Positions 44,624-54,362 of a stretch of 56,451 bases of DNA are shown here, piece by piece. The stretch is from Candidatus Binatia bacterium (GTDB lineage: Bacteria; Desulfobacterota; Binatia; UBA9968): the NCBI GenBank assembly GCA_041490745.1, contig JBGPTS010000001.1, positions 1-56,451 of the forward strand, given 5' to 3'. Within the stretch, counting starts at the first letter, position 1. Each line of letters starts with the position of its first letter. The notes under the pieces were generated by a model. It saw nothing but the letters and a program-made list of their open reading frames with translations. It was not told the origin of the DNA and did no database searches. The position numbers and the translations under genes are program-made.

Positions 44624-46072
44624 TCACGCCCAGTACGTGGTCCTGTCCGTCGGGATGTGCTGCAGCACCTCGCCGGGAATGTAATCTTCCAGCTTGACGC
44701 GCTCCATCGCGTCGTCGGGGCATTTGGAAACCGGCGAGAACGGCCGGTCCAGCGGCTTGGTGGCATCGACGATCATGCCGGAGGTCTTGATCTCGTCCAT
44801 CAGCGACGGGTCCAAAAAATTTCCCCGGAACAGCGGCTGAAGAATCGATATCTGCGCGTGCGGCTGCACGCGCGTCGCCAGCGCCCAGAGAATGTCGGTC
44901 GGATCGAACACGTCGATGTCGTCGTCGAAGACGAAGACGTTTTTCGCGTGGTCGAACGTCATCGCCGCCGCCGCGGCCCGGCCCGGATCTCCCTCCGACA
45001 TCTTCTTCATCGAGATGAAGATATTGTATTGCGCGTGCCGGCCGAATTTGCACACCGCGGTTACGCCCGGGACCGCCTCGCGGCAGCGGCGCAGGAAAGC
45101 GCCTTCCCGCGGCAGGTCCATCCACGGTTTGTCGCCTTCGGGCGTGATGACCGACTGGTACATCCCGCCTTTTCGAAAGTTGATCGCCCGCACCTGATAC
45201 TCGACGCAAGTCGTGTAGCGCTGTGGGCCGAGATAGCCCGGCGCTTCGCCGAAAGGACCTTCGACCACGCGCTTGCCGGGAACGAGCGCGCCTTCAATCA
45301 CAATTTCTGCGTCGGCCGGTATGAGAAAATCGTCGCCCCACGTTTCCGACGCCGTCAACCGCAGCGGCTCCCGCAAGTAGCCGCCGATGACTTCGTACTC
45401 GCTCACCTCGAACGGGCCGCTGTAGCAGGCGCCCATGTGATACGCCGGATGATGTCCCAGCACCGTCGCGACGGGACATTCCACCTTGTTTTGTTCGTGA
45501 TCGAGAAAGATTTTCCACAGGTGCCGCGGCGAAGCGTAAAGCGCCGTCGTGTTCTTCGTTTTCACTTCCATCCGGTGATACGAGCAGTTGTAGATGCCGC
45601 TCTTTCGGTCTTTGGTGATCGAGGACAAGGTGATGTAAGGCCCTCCGTCCATGTAATGATGGCGCATCACCGGCAGCTCGAACAGGTCCACGTCCTTGCC
45701 GGTGTTTACGACTTCTTTGACCGGCGCCTGCTTCCGGTCGACGATGGTCGGCCGCACCCGCTCCTCCTCGCGCTTGAGACAAACCTCCGCCATCTGCGCC
45801 CGGCTCGTTTCCTTGGGCACTCCGAGGGCGATCTGGATTTTCCGCTGCGAGATCTCGCAATTCATCACGAGCTTGAAGTCGCTCGACGGCTTGCCGTGCA
45901 AATTCAGCGGGCGGTCGAAGATGAGGATGGGAAATTTTTTCATCGCGCCGAGATGCTTGATGATCGCGGTCACGTCGTAATGCGCGGGATCGACTTCCTT
46001 GCCGATGTGCACGATCTCGTTCGGGATCTCGCGCCGGCAATCTTCTAAAAACGTCCGAAGACTTTTCGCCAT
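44624..46072 (-). CDS. UbiD-family (prenyl-FMN-dependent) decarboxylase, copy 2
   Basis: FLEDCRREIPNEIVHIGKEVDP... and EGPFGEAPGYLG are UbiD-type motifs. Confidence 0.9.
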   Translation of the reverse strand: MAKSLRTFLEDCRREIPNEIVHIGKEVDPAHYDVTAIIKHLGAMKKFPILIFDRPLNLHGKPSSDFKLVMNCEISQRKIQIALGVPKETSRAQMAEVCLKREEERVRPTIVDRKQAPVKEVVNTGKDVDLFELPVMRHHYMDGGPYITLSSITKDRKSGIYNCSYHRMEVKTKNTTALYASPRHLWKIFLDHEQNKVECPVATVLGHHPAYHMGACYSGPFEVSEYEVIGGYLREPLRLTASETWGDDFLIPADAEIVIEGALVPGKRVVEGPFGEAPGYLGPQRYTTCVEYQVRAINFRKGGMYQSVITPEGDKPWMDLPREGAFLRRCREAVPGVTAVCKFGRHAQYNIFISMKKMSEGDPGRAAAAAMTFDHAKNVFVFDDDIDVFDPTDILWALATRVQPHAQISILQPLFRGNFLDPSLMDEIKTSGMIVDATKPLDRPFSPVSKCPDDAMERVKLEDYIPGEVLQHIPTDRTTYWA

Positions 46073-46132
46073 GAAAATCCTCCGAGAACTTTATACCTTA
46101 CCTACATCGGCCGTCGCGACGTTGTCAATGAA

Positions 46133-46196
46133 GGGAGATTTCGTATCGGGACCCCCACTAAATCTCCCCCTTACTAAGGGAGAGACAAAGAGGGGG
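46133..46196. repeat. REP-like element (GGGAGATTT / AAATCTCCC arms, CCCCC...GGGGG)
   Basis: GGGAGATTT at 46133-46141 pairs with AAATCTCCC at 46160-46168. A CCCCCTTACTAAGGGAGAG...AGGGGG tail follows. Confidence 0.5.
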
Positions 46197-46219
46197 TGCG
46201 ATGAGCCTACGTGAGCGTT

Positions 46220-47329
46220 TCAGAGCGGGGCCGCGCCGTTCATCTTGAACAGCCGCATGATGTTCTTGCCGAGGATTTTTTCTTTTTCCTCTTCGGCGAG
46301 CCCGCCCATCGCCTTGATCGGCTTGATGGTGTTGGGCCAGGTGGAGATCGCATCGCCGTGGTCGAAGTCGCTGCCGATGATGATGTTGTGGTCCGGCCAG
46401 ACTTTGACGATCTCGGGCAGGTAGCTTTCCCACGACACGGCCGCGATATACAACTGACGAAAATATTCGCTCGGCGATTTTTTGATCTTCTGTTCACCCT
46501 GGAAGAATTGTTTGACCGCGGTCGAGACCGGCGCTTCCAAGGGCATGTGGTGATCGAGCGTCGCCATCAGCCACGGCACCCAACCGATCCCGCCTTCGAA
46601 GAAAGCGAAGCGGAGCGAAGGAAATCGGTCCAGCACGCCGCTGAAGATAAGCCGCGCGGCGCTCACCATATAAGTCAGCGGAAAACCGAGCGCCGTGGGA
46701 AAAAGCGGAAAGCCGGTGTAACGCTCGCTGCCGATGAGCCACGGATGGCTATGCTGGTCCTCATAAACACGCGCGCCGGGATGGACGAGAATCGGAATGT
46801 CGAGACGGCAAGCCTCTTCATAGAGCGGCCATAAAACTTCGGCGTCGAGATCGCTGTCGTTATAGCCCCCGCTCAGCTTCAACGCCTTGAGGCCGAGGTC
46901 TTCGACCGCGCGGCGCAACTCGCGCACCGCTTCTTTGATGTCCGGCAGGAACACCCAGGCGACGCCGATGAATTCACGCGCGCCCGCGATGTCCTCCGCG
47001 ACCGTGTCGTTGTAAGCGCGGGCCAGTTGCCTTCCTAACTCGGGGTCCAATTCATAAATCAACTGGCGGTTGTCGGGAATCAAAACTTGAACGTCGAAGC
47101 CGTCTTTTTTCATGTACTCGCGGCGGATGTCGAGGTTCCAGCGCCCCTCTTTGAACGAATGGACGACTTTGCCGTCGCGGTAGTACGTGGCGATCTTGCC
47201 GGCCACGCGCTCGCCGAAGCGCACGTACTTACCGTTGTCTTCTTTGATCTCCACGTGACCGCGTCCGGGATGCGAGACGCGGTCGATAAAGCGCACCGGC
47301 CAATAGTGAGTGTCTCCGTCGATATACAC
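46220..47329 (-). CDS. amidohydrolase_2 (ACMSD-like metal-dependent hydrolase/decarboxylase) family protein
   Basis: VRVYIDGDTHYW..., ILVHPG and GSDFDHGD motifs. GTG at 47329 is preceded by GAGGAGAG. The longer listed ORF start (47374) lies inside a REP arm. Confidence 0.85.
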   Translation of the reverse strand: MYIDGDTHYWPVRFIDRVSHPGRGHVEIKEDNGKYVRFGERVAGKIATYYRDGKVVHSFKEGRWNLDIRREYMKKDGFDVQVLIPDNRQLIYELDPELGRQLARAYNDTVAEDIAGAREFIGVAWVFLPDIKEAVRELRRAVEDLGLKALKLSGGYNDSDLDAEVLWPLYEEACRLDIPILVHPGARVYEDQHSHPWLIGSERYTGFPLFPTALGFPLTYMVSAARLIFSGVLDRFPSLRFAFFEGGIGWVPWLMATLDHHMPLEAPVSTAVKQFFQGEQKIKKSPSEYFRQLYIAAVSWESYLPEIVKVWPDHNIIIGSDFDHGDAISTWPNTIKPIKAMGGLAEEEKEKILGKNIMRLFKMNGAAPL

Positions 47330-47356
47330 GCGAACTCTCCTCGAAACTGGATCGTG

Positions 47357-47431
47357 CTTCGACAGGCTCAGCACGAACGGAAATATTTTCTACGCGTAAC
47401 CGATGATCCGTTCGCCCTGAGCTTGTCGAAG
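47357..47431. repeat. inverted pair of LSLSKG/PFDKLRA-type REP units (21/24 complementary)
   Basis: cttcgacaggctcagcacgaacgg (47357-47380) versus ccgttcgccctgagcttgtcgaag (47408-47431), separated by a 27-nt loop. Confidence 0.75.
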
Positions 47432-47457
47432 GGTGACGGGATCATCAACACTACGGA

Positions 47458-48477
47458 TCAGTTCTTTATGCCGTACGTTTCGAACAGCCGGTCGATGAAT
47501 CCGCTCTGCTCCAGCCGGCGGAGAATGCGCTCGTCGATCATCTCCTCGACCTTGATCTTCTCGGCGCCCGCCGTGCGGAGTTTCATGAGCCGCTGGATGT
47601 TGCGCAGCCCCTCCAGGTTCGGAAACGGCCTTTTCTCGGTATTCTTGATGACGTCCTGATAGCCTTCCTCCGCAGCCGCCGCGTCCGATAACTTGAGCCG
47701 CCGTGTAATCGTCTCGACGACTACGCCCTTGTTCTTAGGAGCGAGACTGAACGCGATTCCTTCTAGCAAACCTTTGAGCACGGCCTCGACCACATCGCGC
47801 TGCTCTTGAAGGAATCCCGTCTTGACCACCACCCCCTGACCGGAAAAGGGAATATTAGCCTGGCTCAGCTCCGCGAGAATCGTGAAGCCTTTTTGCTTGA
47901 GCCTGCGGCTGAAGACACCGTCCAGCACCGTCGCGTCGATTTGGCCGGCCTCGAGCGCCTGCGTCAAGACCGTTTGATCGCCGATTGCCAGCATATTTAT
48001 GTTGTCCCGCCGGGGATCCAGGCCGAGATGCTCCAGCCCGAGCATTCCGGCCATCCAGACGGTGCCCGCGAGGCTCTGTACTCCGAAGCGCTTGCCGCGC
48101 AGATCCTTCGCGCTCTTGATGCTCGGCGCGGCGACCAGGTCGTAATTGAGCCAATTCGTGAGGGTGGCAACCAGCTTGAGGTCCGCTCCGCCGATGGCCG
48201 CAGCCATCGCCGAAGTACCGCCGGTATAGCCCACCTGCACATCTCCGGCGGTGAGCGCCACGACGAGAATCGGCGCCTGCCGGATGAAGATCGTGCTCAC
48301 AGTGATGCCGTTCTTGGCGAAGAATCCGTGATCCTGCGCGATCCACAGGGGCGCCACTCTGGCGTTCATCGCCGCGTGGGCGATGATGATTTTGGCGGGA
48401 GCGGAAGCGGCGAGAGATTCAGGAACGCAAAGCCGCAACAAAAGACCGCAGAAAATAATCGAAAAAGCCTGGCGCAT
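47458..48477 (-). CDS. ABC substrate-binding protein (NMT1-like)
   Basis: Signal peptide MRQAFSIIFCGLLLRLCVPESLAASA, with an NMT1-like body. Confidence 0.85.
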   Translation of the reverse strand: MRQAFSIIFCGLLLRLCVPESLAASAPAKIIIAHAAMNARVAPLWIAQDHGFFAKNGITVSTIFIRQAPILVVALTAGDVQVGYTGGTSAMAAAIGGADLKLVATLTNWLNYDLVAAPSIKSAKDLRGKRFGVQSLAGTVWMAGMLGLEHLGLDPRRDNINMLAIGDQTVLTQALEAGQIDATVLDGVFSRRLKQKGFTILAELSQANIPFSGQGVVVKTGFLQEQRDVVEAVLKGLLEGIAFSLAPKNKGVVVETITRRLKLSDAAAAEEGYQDVIKNTEKRPFPNLEGLRNIQRLMKLRTAGAEKIKVEEMIDERILRRLEQSGFIDRLFETYGIKN

Positions 48478-48531
48478 GGGTTTCCTCCGGATGAGCTGAG
48501 AAACCTCAAGCAGCGGACCAACTTTGATTCG

Positions 48532-49626
48532 CTACAAATTCAATATTCGCGCGGCGTTCTCGCCGAGAATTTTGTCCTTCTGCTTCGCCGTGATGTCGTT
48601 GCGCGCCCGGATCGCCGACACGGTGTGCGGATATTCGGAATCGAAGTGCGGGTAGTCGGTCGCCATCAAAATATGGTCCTCGCCCACCTCCATGATCGGC
48701 CGCGCGAGATCTTTTTCGTCCGCCTCGCAAGTAAAATAACAATTGCGCCGGACGTACTCCGACGGCGGCATCTTGAGCCCGCCCGAGATGTGCGCGAAGT
48801 CCTGCGCCCATTCCCAGTCGTCGTCCATGCGATGCATCCAGTACAATGGAAATTCCGCGCTGCACTCGAAGAAGACGACCTTGAGCCTGGGGAATTTCTC
48901 GAACACCCCGCCGAGCACCAGCGCGATCAGCGCCGGCGTGCAGTTCATCGGCCGGCCGAGCACGTGCGTCTTGAAAAAATTGTCGAAGCGATCGACCAGA
49001 TCGCCGTTGCTGTTCGGATGGCAGAAAAGCGGCACGTCGAGTTCCTGCGCCGTCTCGTAGTAGTCGTAATAGTCCACGCTGTCGAGGTTGCGGCTGCCGC
49101 AATACGACACGAGATGTCCGGCCTTGAAGCCCAGCTCTTTCACCGCGCGGCGCAGCTCGCCGGCCATAGCTTCGGGATAGCCCCCCGACGCCATCGCGAC
49201 GGGCAGAAAGATGTCTTCATAACCTTTGACCAGCTTGGCGACCCAGTCGTTATAGCAGCGCGCCAGCTCGCGCCCGAGCGGGCCGAGGTTCTGCGTCGCG
49301 ATGCTGATCTGGGTCGGGAAAATAATTTCTTTATCGACGTTCTCTTTTTTGATCCCCTCGCGCCGCTTGGCCATGTCGTAGCCGGCTACTTGCCGCGCCG
49401 CGATCTCGCCGCCGCGCCAGCCGTAATCCGGGTCGTAGATATAAGGATGGCTGTGCGCCGCGCGCCCCTGCGGGCTGATCGGGTCGAGCGAGTGGATGAA
49501 CTTCGCCTTCTCGCCATTGCCGCCGCCGACGCGGACGGGCGTGAGCTTGGCGAACCGGCCTTCGAGCTTGTAGATCTCGTCCAAAAAATAGCTGTCGCGC
49601 AAATGCGAGTCCAAATCGATAATCAT
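48532..49626 (-). CDS. amidohydrolase_2 family protein, paralog
   Basis: MIIDLDSHLRD..., LFCHPN and ATDYPHFDSEYP motifs. Confidence 0.85.
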   Translation of the reverse strand: MIIDLDSHLRDSYFLDEIYKLEGRFAKLTPVRVGGGNGEKAKFIHSLDPISPQGRAAHSHPYIYDPDYGWRGGEIAARQVAGYDMAKRREGIKKENVDKEIIFPTQISIATQNLGPLGRELARCYNDWVAKLVKGYEDIFLPVAMASGGYPEAMAGELRRAVKELGFKAGHLVSYCGSRNLDSVDYYDYYETAQELDVPLFCHPNSNGDLVDRFDNFFKTHVLGRPMNCTPALIALVLGGVFEKFPRLKVVFFECSAEFPLYWMHRMDDDWEWAQDFAHISGGLKMPPSEYVRRNCYFTCEADEKDLARPIMEVGEDHILMATDYPHFDSEYPHTVSAIRARNDITAKQKDKILGENAARILNL

Positions 49627-49660
49627 GGCTTGGTCGCCCCCTTGATAAAAATATCGTCGT

Positions 49661-50608
49661 CTATTTTCCGCCCAACATCTGCATGAAGGATCTGTCGATC
49701 AGATCGTCCGCGGAAATTTTTCGCTTGATCATACCCGCCTCGAACTGGTCCTCGATGACGGCAGGAATCACTTTTTCCGCGATCTTGCCGTTGAGCGGGA
49801 AGGAATTGCGGTACTCTTCGTAACCCGCGGGGGCATATGCCGGGTCCATTTTGACGTATTTCCGGATCGCCCTGACCGCATCATCTTTATTCTCAACCGT
49901 GTGCTTGACGCCCCGTTGGTACGCGCGCAGGAATTTTACGGCCTGGTCCTTTTCCTTCGCCAGCCACGGCTCGCGCGCGGCGAAAGTCTCGTACGGCCAC
50001 TCGGGAAATATACCCTTGAGGTCGTAGAGTTTATTATAGCCTTGAGCCTTGGCGATCTCCGTGACGGGAAACCAGACGATGCTCGCATCGACCGCGCCCG
50101 CGCTCAGCGCGGCAAAACGCGCCGGAGTACTGCCGATCTGGAGGATGATAACTTCCTTGGGATTGACGCCGAAATGTTGCAGGGTCGCCCGCGTCAAGTA
50201 ATCGGTAAGCGAGCCGAAGCGGCTGATGGCGAATCTCTTGCCCTTGGCCTCTTTCATCGATTTGAAGTTGGGATGGGAGTAGAGCTCGAACGGCATAAGG
50301 TTGCTGATGCCCCAGAAATTTTTTATGTCGAAGCCTGCGGCCCGGCCGCCGATCGTCTCGACGAACGCGCTGCCCATGATCTGGACGTCGCCGCCCATAA
50401 TGGCCTGAAGATTGGTCGTTCCGGAGTTGAACATGACGAAGATCACATCCAGTCCTTCATCCTTGAAGAAACCTTTTTCCTGCGTGACATAGACCGGTAG
50501 GAAGGCGATATTCACCGACGACAGGCCGACGACGATCTTGGCGCGGGCCGGCGTCGGATGCGCGAGAAGCGCGAACAGAAAAAGAACCGGCACGATTGCG
50601 CGGCGCAT
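49661..50608 (-). CDS. ABC substrate-binding protein (NMT1-like)
   Basis: Signal peptide MRRAIVPVLFLFALLAHPTPARA, with an NMT1-like body. Confidence 0.85.
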   Translation of the reverse strand: MRRAIVPVLFLFALLAHPTPARAKIVVGLSSVNIAFLPVYVTQEKGFFKDEGLDVIFVMFNSGTTNLQAIMGGDVQIMGSAFVETIGGRAAGFDIKNFWGISNLMPFELYSHPNFKSMKEAKGKRFAISRFGSLTDYLTRATLQHFGVNPKEVIILQIGSTPARFAALSAGAVDASIVWFPVTEIAKAQGYNKLYDLKGIFPEWPYETFAAREPWLAKEKDQAVKFLRAYQRGVKHTVENKDDAVRAIRKYVKMDPAYAPAGYEEYRNSFPLNGKIAEKVIPAVIEDQFEAGMIKRKISADDLIDRSFMQMLGGK

Positions 50609-50626
50609 GGAACCTCCTCCGAGTTT

Positions 50627-51658
50627 CTAAATGACCGACTGTTCCGGCAGAATCGTCTTCAACACGCGGAGATAATTTCCTCCGAGGATCAGCGCGACGT
50701 CGCTTTCTTTGTAGCCGCGGCGGCCGAGGCCGTCGATGAGCTTCGGCAAGTCCTCGATCTCTTCGAAGTCTTTGACGTAGGTGCGCTGGTGCAGCGGATG
50801 GTGCTGGTCCTTGAGCGTGCGCGGGCCGTCGTACTTGATGAAATCCATGCCGAGCGCTATGTGCTCGATGCCCGCCAGTTCCACCATATAATCCACGTGC
50901 TTCAGCAGATCGTCGAGCGTCGCGTCTTTCTTCGAGACGCGCTCCGGCAGCGCGAGGATGCCGACGAGCCCGCCCTGGTCGGCAATCGCCTTGATTTGAT
51001 CGTCGGCCAAATTACGCACGTTGTCCAACATGCCGCAGGCGTTGGCGTGGCTCACGATCAGCGGCGCCGTGGCGACTTCCAGCGACTGAAAAAATCCCTC
51101 GCGGTTCATGTGGGCAAGATCGACGACCATGCCCAGGCGGTTCATCTCCTTGACGACCTCGACGCCGAAGCGCGTGAGGCCGCCTTTCGTTCGATTCTCC
51201 CACACGCCGTCGCCGAGTTCGTTGCGAAAATTCCAGGTGAGCTGCATCGAGCGGAGGCCGAGACGGTAAAAATTTCTGAGCTGGTGGATGCTGCCTTGCA
51301 GCGGCATGCCGCCTTCGAAATGGAGAATGAACGAAAGCTGGCCGGGCTGGACTTTTTCGGGCAGCTCGGAGCGGGTGCGAATGAGCGAGATCATGCCCTC
51401 GGAGCGCGGCGCCTCTTCGAGAAACATGTCGATGTTTTCCAACGCCGTCTCCAGATAACGCCCGGTATTCTGCGAGTGGGAATAGGAATCGCCGCTGATC
51501 GCATAAACACAGACGTTGATCCCGTCGCGGATGAGCCGCGGCGCGATCGCGTCGCGCACGGGCGACTCTTCGCCGACCGATTTACGGTAAAGCTGTTCGT
51601 AAACGTCGCGGTGACCTTCGACCACGACGTGCTTTTTTAGCAATTCCCGCGGCTCCAT
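50627..51658 (-). CDS. membrane dipeptidase (M19, renal dipeptidase family)
   Basis: VVEGHRDV, VVDLAHM, VSHANA and LGMDF motifs. ATG at 51658; the listed longer ORF is an over-extension. Confidence 0.85.
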   Translation of the reverse strand: MEPRELLKKHVVVEGHRDVYEQLYRKSVGEESPVRDAIAPRLIRDGINVCVYAISGDSYSHSQNTGRYLETALENIDMFLEEAPRSEGMISLIRTRSELPEKVQPGQLSFILHFEGGMPLQGSIHQLRNFYRLGLRSMQLTWNFRNELGDGVWENRTKGGLTRFGVEVVKEMNRLGMVVDLAHMNREGFFQSLEVATAPLIVSHANACGMLDNVRNLADDQIKAIADQGGLVGILALPERVSKKDATLDDLLKHVDYMVELAGIEHIALGMDFIKYDGPRTLKDQHHPLHQRTYVKDFEEIEDLPKLIDGLGRRGYKESDVALILGGNYLRVLKTILPEQSVI

Positions 51659-51740
51659 GATGATCCCTTTTTGCTTGAAGATGGCCTGCGCTTGGGGTAC
51701 TAATAGCGGCAAAATAACCCCGACGCAAGCGTTATTTCCC

Positions 51741-53348
51741 TTGACATCTCGACGCCGAAAACAATTTCTCTGGTTCGTTCTCCCGTGTCTTGCCGTTCTC
51801 GCTCTTTCATCGTGCAAAAGATCTTCGAGCCGAGACGACGGGGCGACTTTCCGCGTCAATCTTTCGACCGAGCCGCCGAGCCTGGACTGGTCGCTGGCGA
51901 CCGATCACGTGTCGTTTAACGTGATCGCCAACTTGATGGTGGGCCTCACGGAGTTCGACAGGCAGTTGAAGCCCGCGCCGGTTGTGGCGAAGTCGTGGGA
52001 TATCCTCGAGGGCGGAAGAAAACTCGTCTTTCACTTGAGGGACGACGTTCAGTGGAGCGACGGCCAGAAAGTCCGCGCCGAGGATTTCGAATATTCCTGG
52101 AGGCGGCTGCTCGATCCCAAGACCGCGTCGCAATATGCCTATATTCTTTTCGACGTTCTCAACGCCGAAGAGTTTCACGAAGGCAAGATCGCCGACGAGA
52201 AGCAAGTCGGCGTCAAGGCGCTCGACGAAGCGACGCTTGAAGTCACGCTGAAGCATCCGACGTCTTACTTTCTCTCGATCACCACCTTCGAGGTCACTTA
52301 CCCGCAGCGCCGCGACGTGGTCGAAAAATTCGCCGCCAAATGGACCGAGCCGGAGAACATCGTCACCAATGGACCGTTTTTACTCGCTTCATGGAAGCAC
52401 GAGAATGAAATTCGTCTCAAGGCCAACCCGAAATTTTTTCTCGGCAAGCCGGCCATCGAAAACGTCGAGATGTTCATGGTCAATGAAAAGACTACGGCCG
52501 TCGGCATGTACGAGCAGGGGCAGCTCGATTTTCTCGACAACGACAGCATACCACCGCTGGAAAAGGCCCGGCTTTCGAAAATTCCCGGTTTCAAGCCTGT
52601 GCCGCAATTGCGCGGCGAGTACTACGGCTTCGCCCTCGACCGCAAGCCGTTCGATGATCCGCGCGTGCGCAAGGCCTTCGCGATGGCGATCGACCGGAGC
52701 GTCTTCCCGAGGATCCTGCACGGCGGAGAGCTGCCGTCCAGTTCGTGGATTCCGCCGGGCATGCTCGCGCACAACTTGAAAATCGGCCTGCCGTATAATC
52801 CACCCGAGGCGAGAAGGCTGCTCCGCGAGGCGGGATACCCGGAGGGCAAGGGTTTCCCTCAAGTCACGCTCGCGTATAACACTCAAGAAGATCACAAGAT
52901 CGTGGCCGAGGCGGTGCAAGGAATGTGGAAGCGCAATCTCGGCGTGTTGGTGCGGCTGGACAACATCGAATGGAAAGTTTATCTCAAGAGATTACAGAAC
53001 GATCCTTATCCGGTTTTCCGCGACGGCTGGGGCGCGGACTATCCCGACCCGGATAATTTCATGAAACTTTTCACCTCCAACAGCGGCAACAACCATACGC
53101 GCTGGAAGAACAGCCGCTATGACCAGCTTTTGAATCAGGCGGCCGAGGAGATGAAAGACGACAAGCGTCGCAGACTTTACGACGAGGCGCAAAGACTTCT
53201 GTGCGAAACCGAAGTCGCCATCGTTCCGCTTTTCGTCCGGGTCGAGAGCACGATTTTGAATTCGCGCTACATCGGCCTGGAATATAACTCGATGCAGCGA
53301 CTGATACTTCGCAATGTGCGGCTAAATTCGACGAGCGGCGTGAAGTGA
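51741..53348 (+). CDS. ABC peptide/nickel-type substrate-binding lipoprotein (family 5, DppA/OppA-like)
   Basis: Lipobox-like LAVLALSSC followed by a family-5 SBP body. The start is uncertain: TTG 51741 was chosen because ATG 51657 would overlap the divergent dipeptidase start. Confidence 0.8.
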   Translation: MTSRRRKQFLWFVLPCLAVLALSSCKRSSSRDDGATFRVNLSTEPPSLDWSLATDHVSFNVIANLMVGLTEFDRQLKPAPVVAKSWDILEGGRKLVFHLRDDVQWSDGQKVRAEDFEYSWRRLLDPKTASQYAYILFDVLNAEEFHEGKIADEKQVGVKALDEATLEVTLKHPTSYFLSITTFEVTYPQRRDVVEKFAAKWTEPENIVTNGPFLLASWKHENEIRLKANPKFFLGKPAIENVEMFMVNEKTTAVGMYEQGQLDFLDNDSIPPLEKARLSKIPGFKPVPQLRGEYYGFALDRKPFDDPRVRKAFAMAIDRSVFPRILHGGELPSSSWIPPGMLAHNLKIGLPYNPPEARRLLREAGYPEGKGFPQVTLAYNTQEDHKIVAEAVQGMWKRNLGVLVRLDNIEWKVYLKRLQNDPYPVFRDGWGADYPDPDNFMKLFTSNSGNNHTRWKNSRYDQLLNQAAEEMKDDKRRRLYDEAQRLLCETEVAIVPLFVRVESTILNSRYIGLEYNSMQRLILRNVRLNSTSGVK

Positions 53349-53430
53349 GCCGTGGGCAATAGACACAAAGAGCCGGAAACCGAATCGACTCTCACTCCGC
53401 GCTTCCTGCTCCCCGCTATTCGCTAATTTC

Positions 53431-54348
53431 ATGCTGCGCTTTCTTTTCCGCCGCCTGCTCTATGGCCTCGTCGTCCTCTGGGTCGTGACGACGCTGACGT
53501 TCGCGATGCTGCGGGCGCTGCCCGGCGGGCCGTTCGACAGCCAGCGCCGGCTGCCGCCCGAAGTGATGGCCAACATCGAGGCCAAATACCACCTCAACGA
53601 GCCGCTGCTGAAGCAATACGGCAGATATCTCGCCGGCGTCGTTCAGGGCGATTTCGGCCCTTCGTATAAATATCTCGACCGCAACGTCGCCGATATCATC
53701 GCCGACACCTTCCCCACTTCGACTCTGCTTGGCCTGCTGGCCCTCGCGTTCGCGTTGATTTTTTCTTTCCCGCTCGGCGTGCTCGCCGCCAAGTATCGCG
53801 ACGGCTGGGCCGATCGCGCGTGCAGCTTCGTCGCGACGCTGGGAATTTCCGTGCCGCACTTCGTTCTCGGGGCACTGCTGATCTGGCTGTTTTCCTTAAA
53901 GCTCGGCTGGTTCCAGGCGGCGCGTTGGGGCCGGCCGACCAGCGCCGTGCTGCCGACGGCGACGCTCGGCGCCACGCCTCTCGCCTACCTGTCTTTTCTC
54001 ATCCGCTCGTCTCTGCTCGAAACGCTGCGTGAAGATTTCATCCGCACGGCGCGCGCCAAGGGCCTCAAGGAAATCGCGGTGCTGTGGAAGCACGCTCTAA
54101 GTAATTCCCTGATTCCGGTTTTAACCGTGCTCGGCCCGCTCTTCGCCGCGCTGATCACCGGCTCCTTCGTCGTCGAATATGTTTTCGCGATTCCCGGCAT
54201 GGGCAGGTTCTTCATCACCGCCGTCACGGACCGCGACTATCCTCTCATCATCGGCGTGACGCTCGTTTATACGGCGGTGCTCGTCGTCGCCAATCTGGTG
54301 GTGGATATTTTTTATTCGCTCGTCGATCCCAGGATAAAGACTCGCTGA
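53431..54348 (+). CDS. ABC peptide transporter permease (DppB/OppB-like)
   Basis: MLRFLFRRLLYGLVVLWVVTTLTF N-terminus, EAA region FIRTARAKGL, and a C-terminus ending ...FYSLVDPRIK. Confidence 0.9.
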   Translation: MLRFLFRRLLYGLVVLWVVTTLTFAMLRALPGGPFDSQRRLPPEVMANIEAKYHLNEPLLKQYGRYLAGVVQGDFGPSYKYLDRNVADIIADTFPTSTLLGLLALAFALIFSFPLGVLAAKYRDGWADRACSFVATLGISVPHFVLGALLIWLFSLKLGWFQAARWGRPTSAVLPTATLGATPLAYLSFLIRSSLLETLREDFIRTARAKGLKEIAVLWKHALSNSLIPVLTVLGPLFAALITGSFVVEYVFAIPGMGRFFITAVTDRDYPLIIGVTLVYTAVLVVANLVVDIFYSLVDPRIKTR

Positions 54349-54362
54349 GGCGTGAAACGGCG

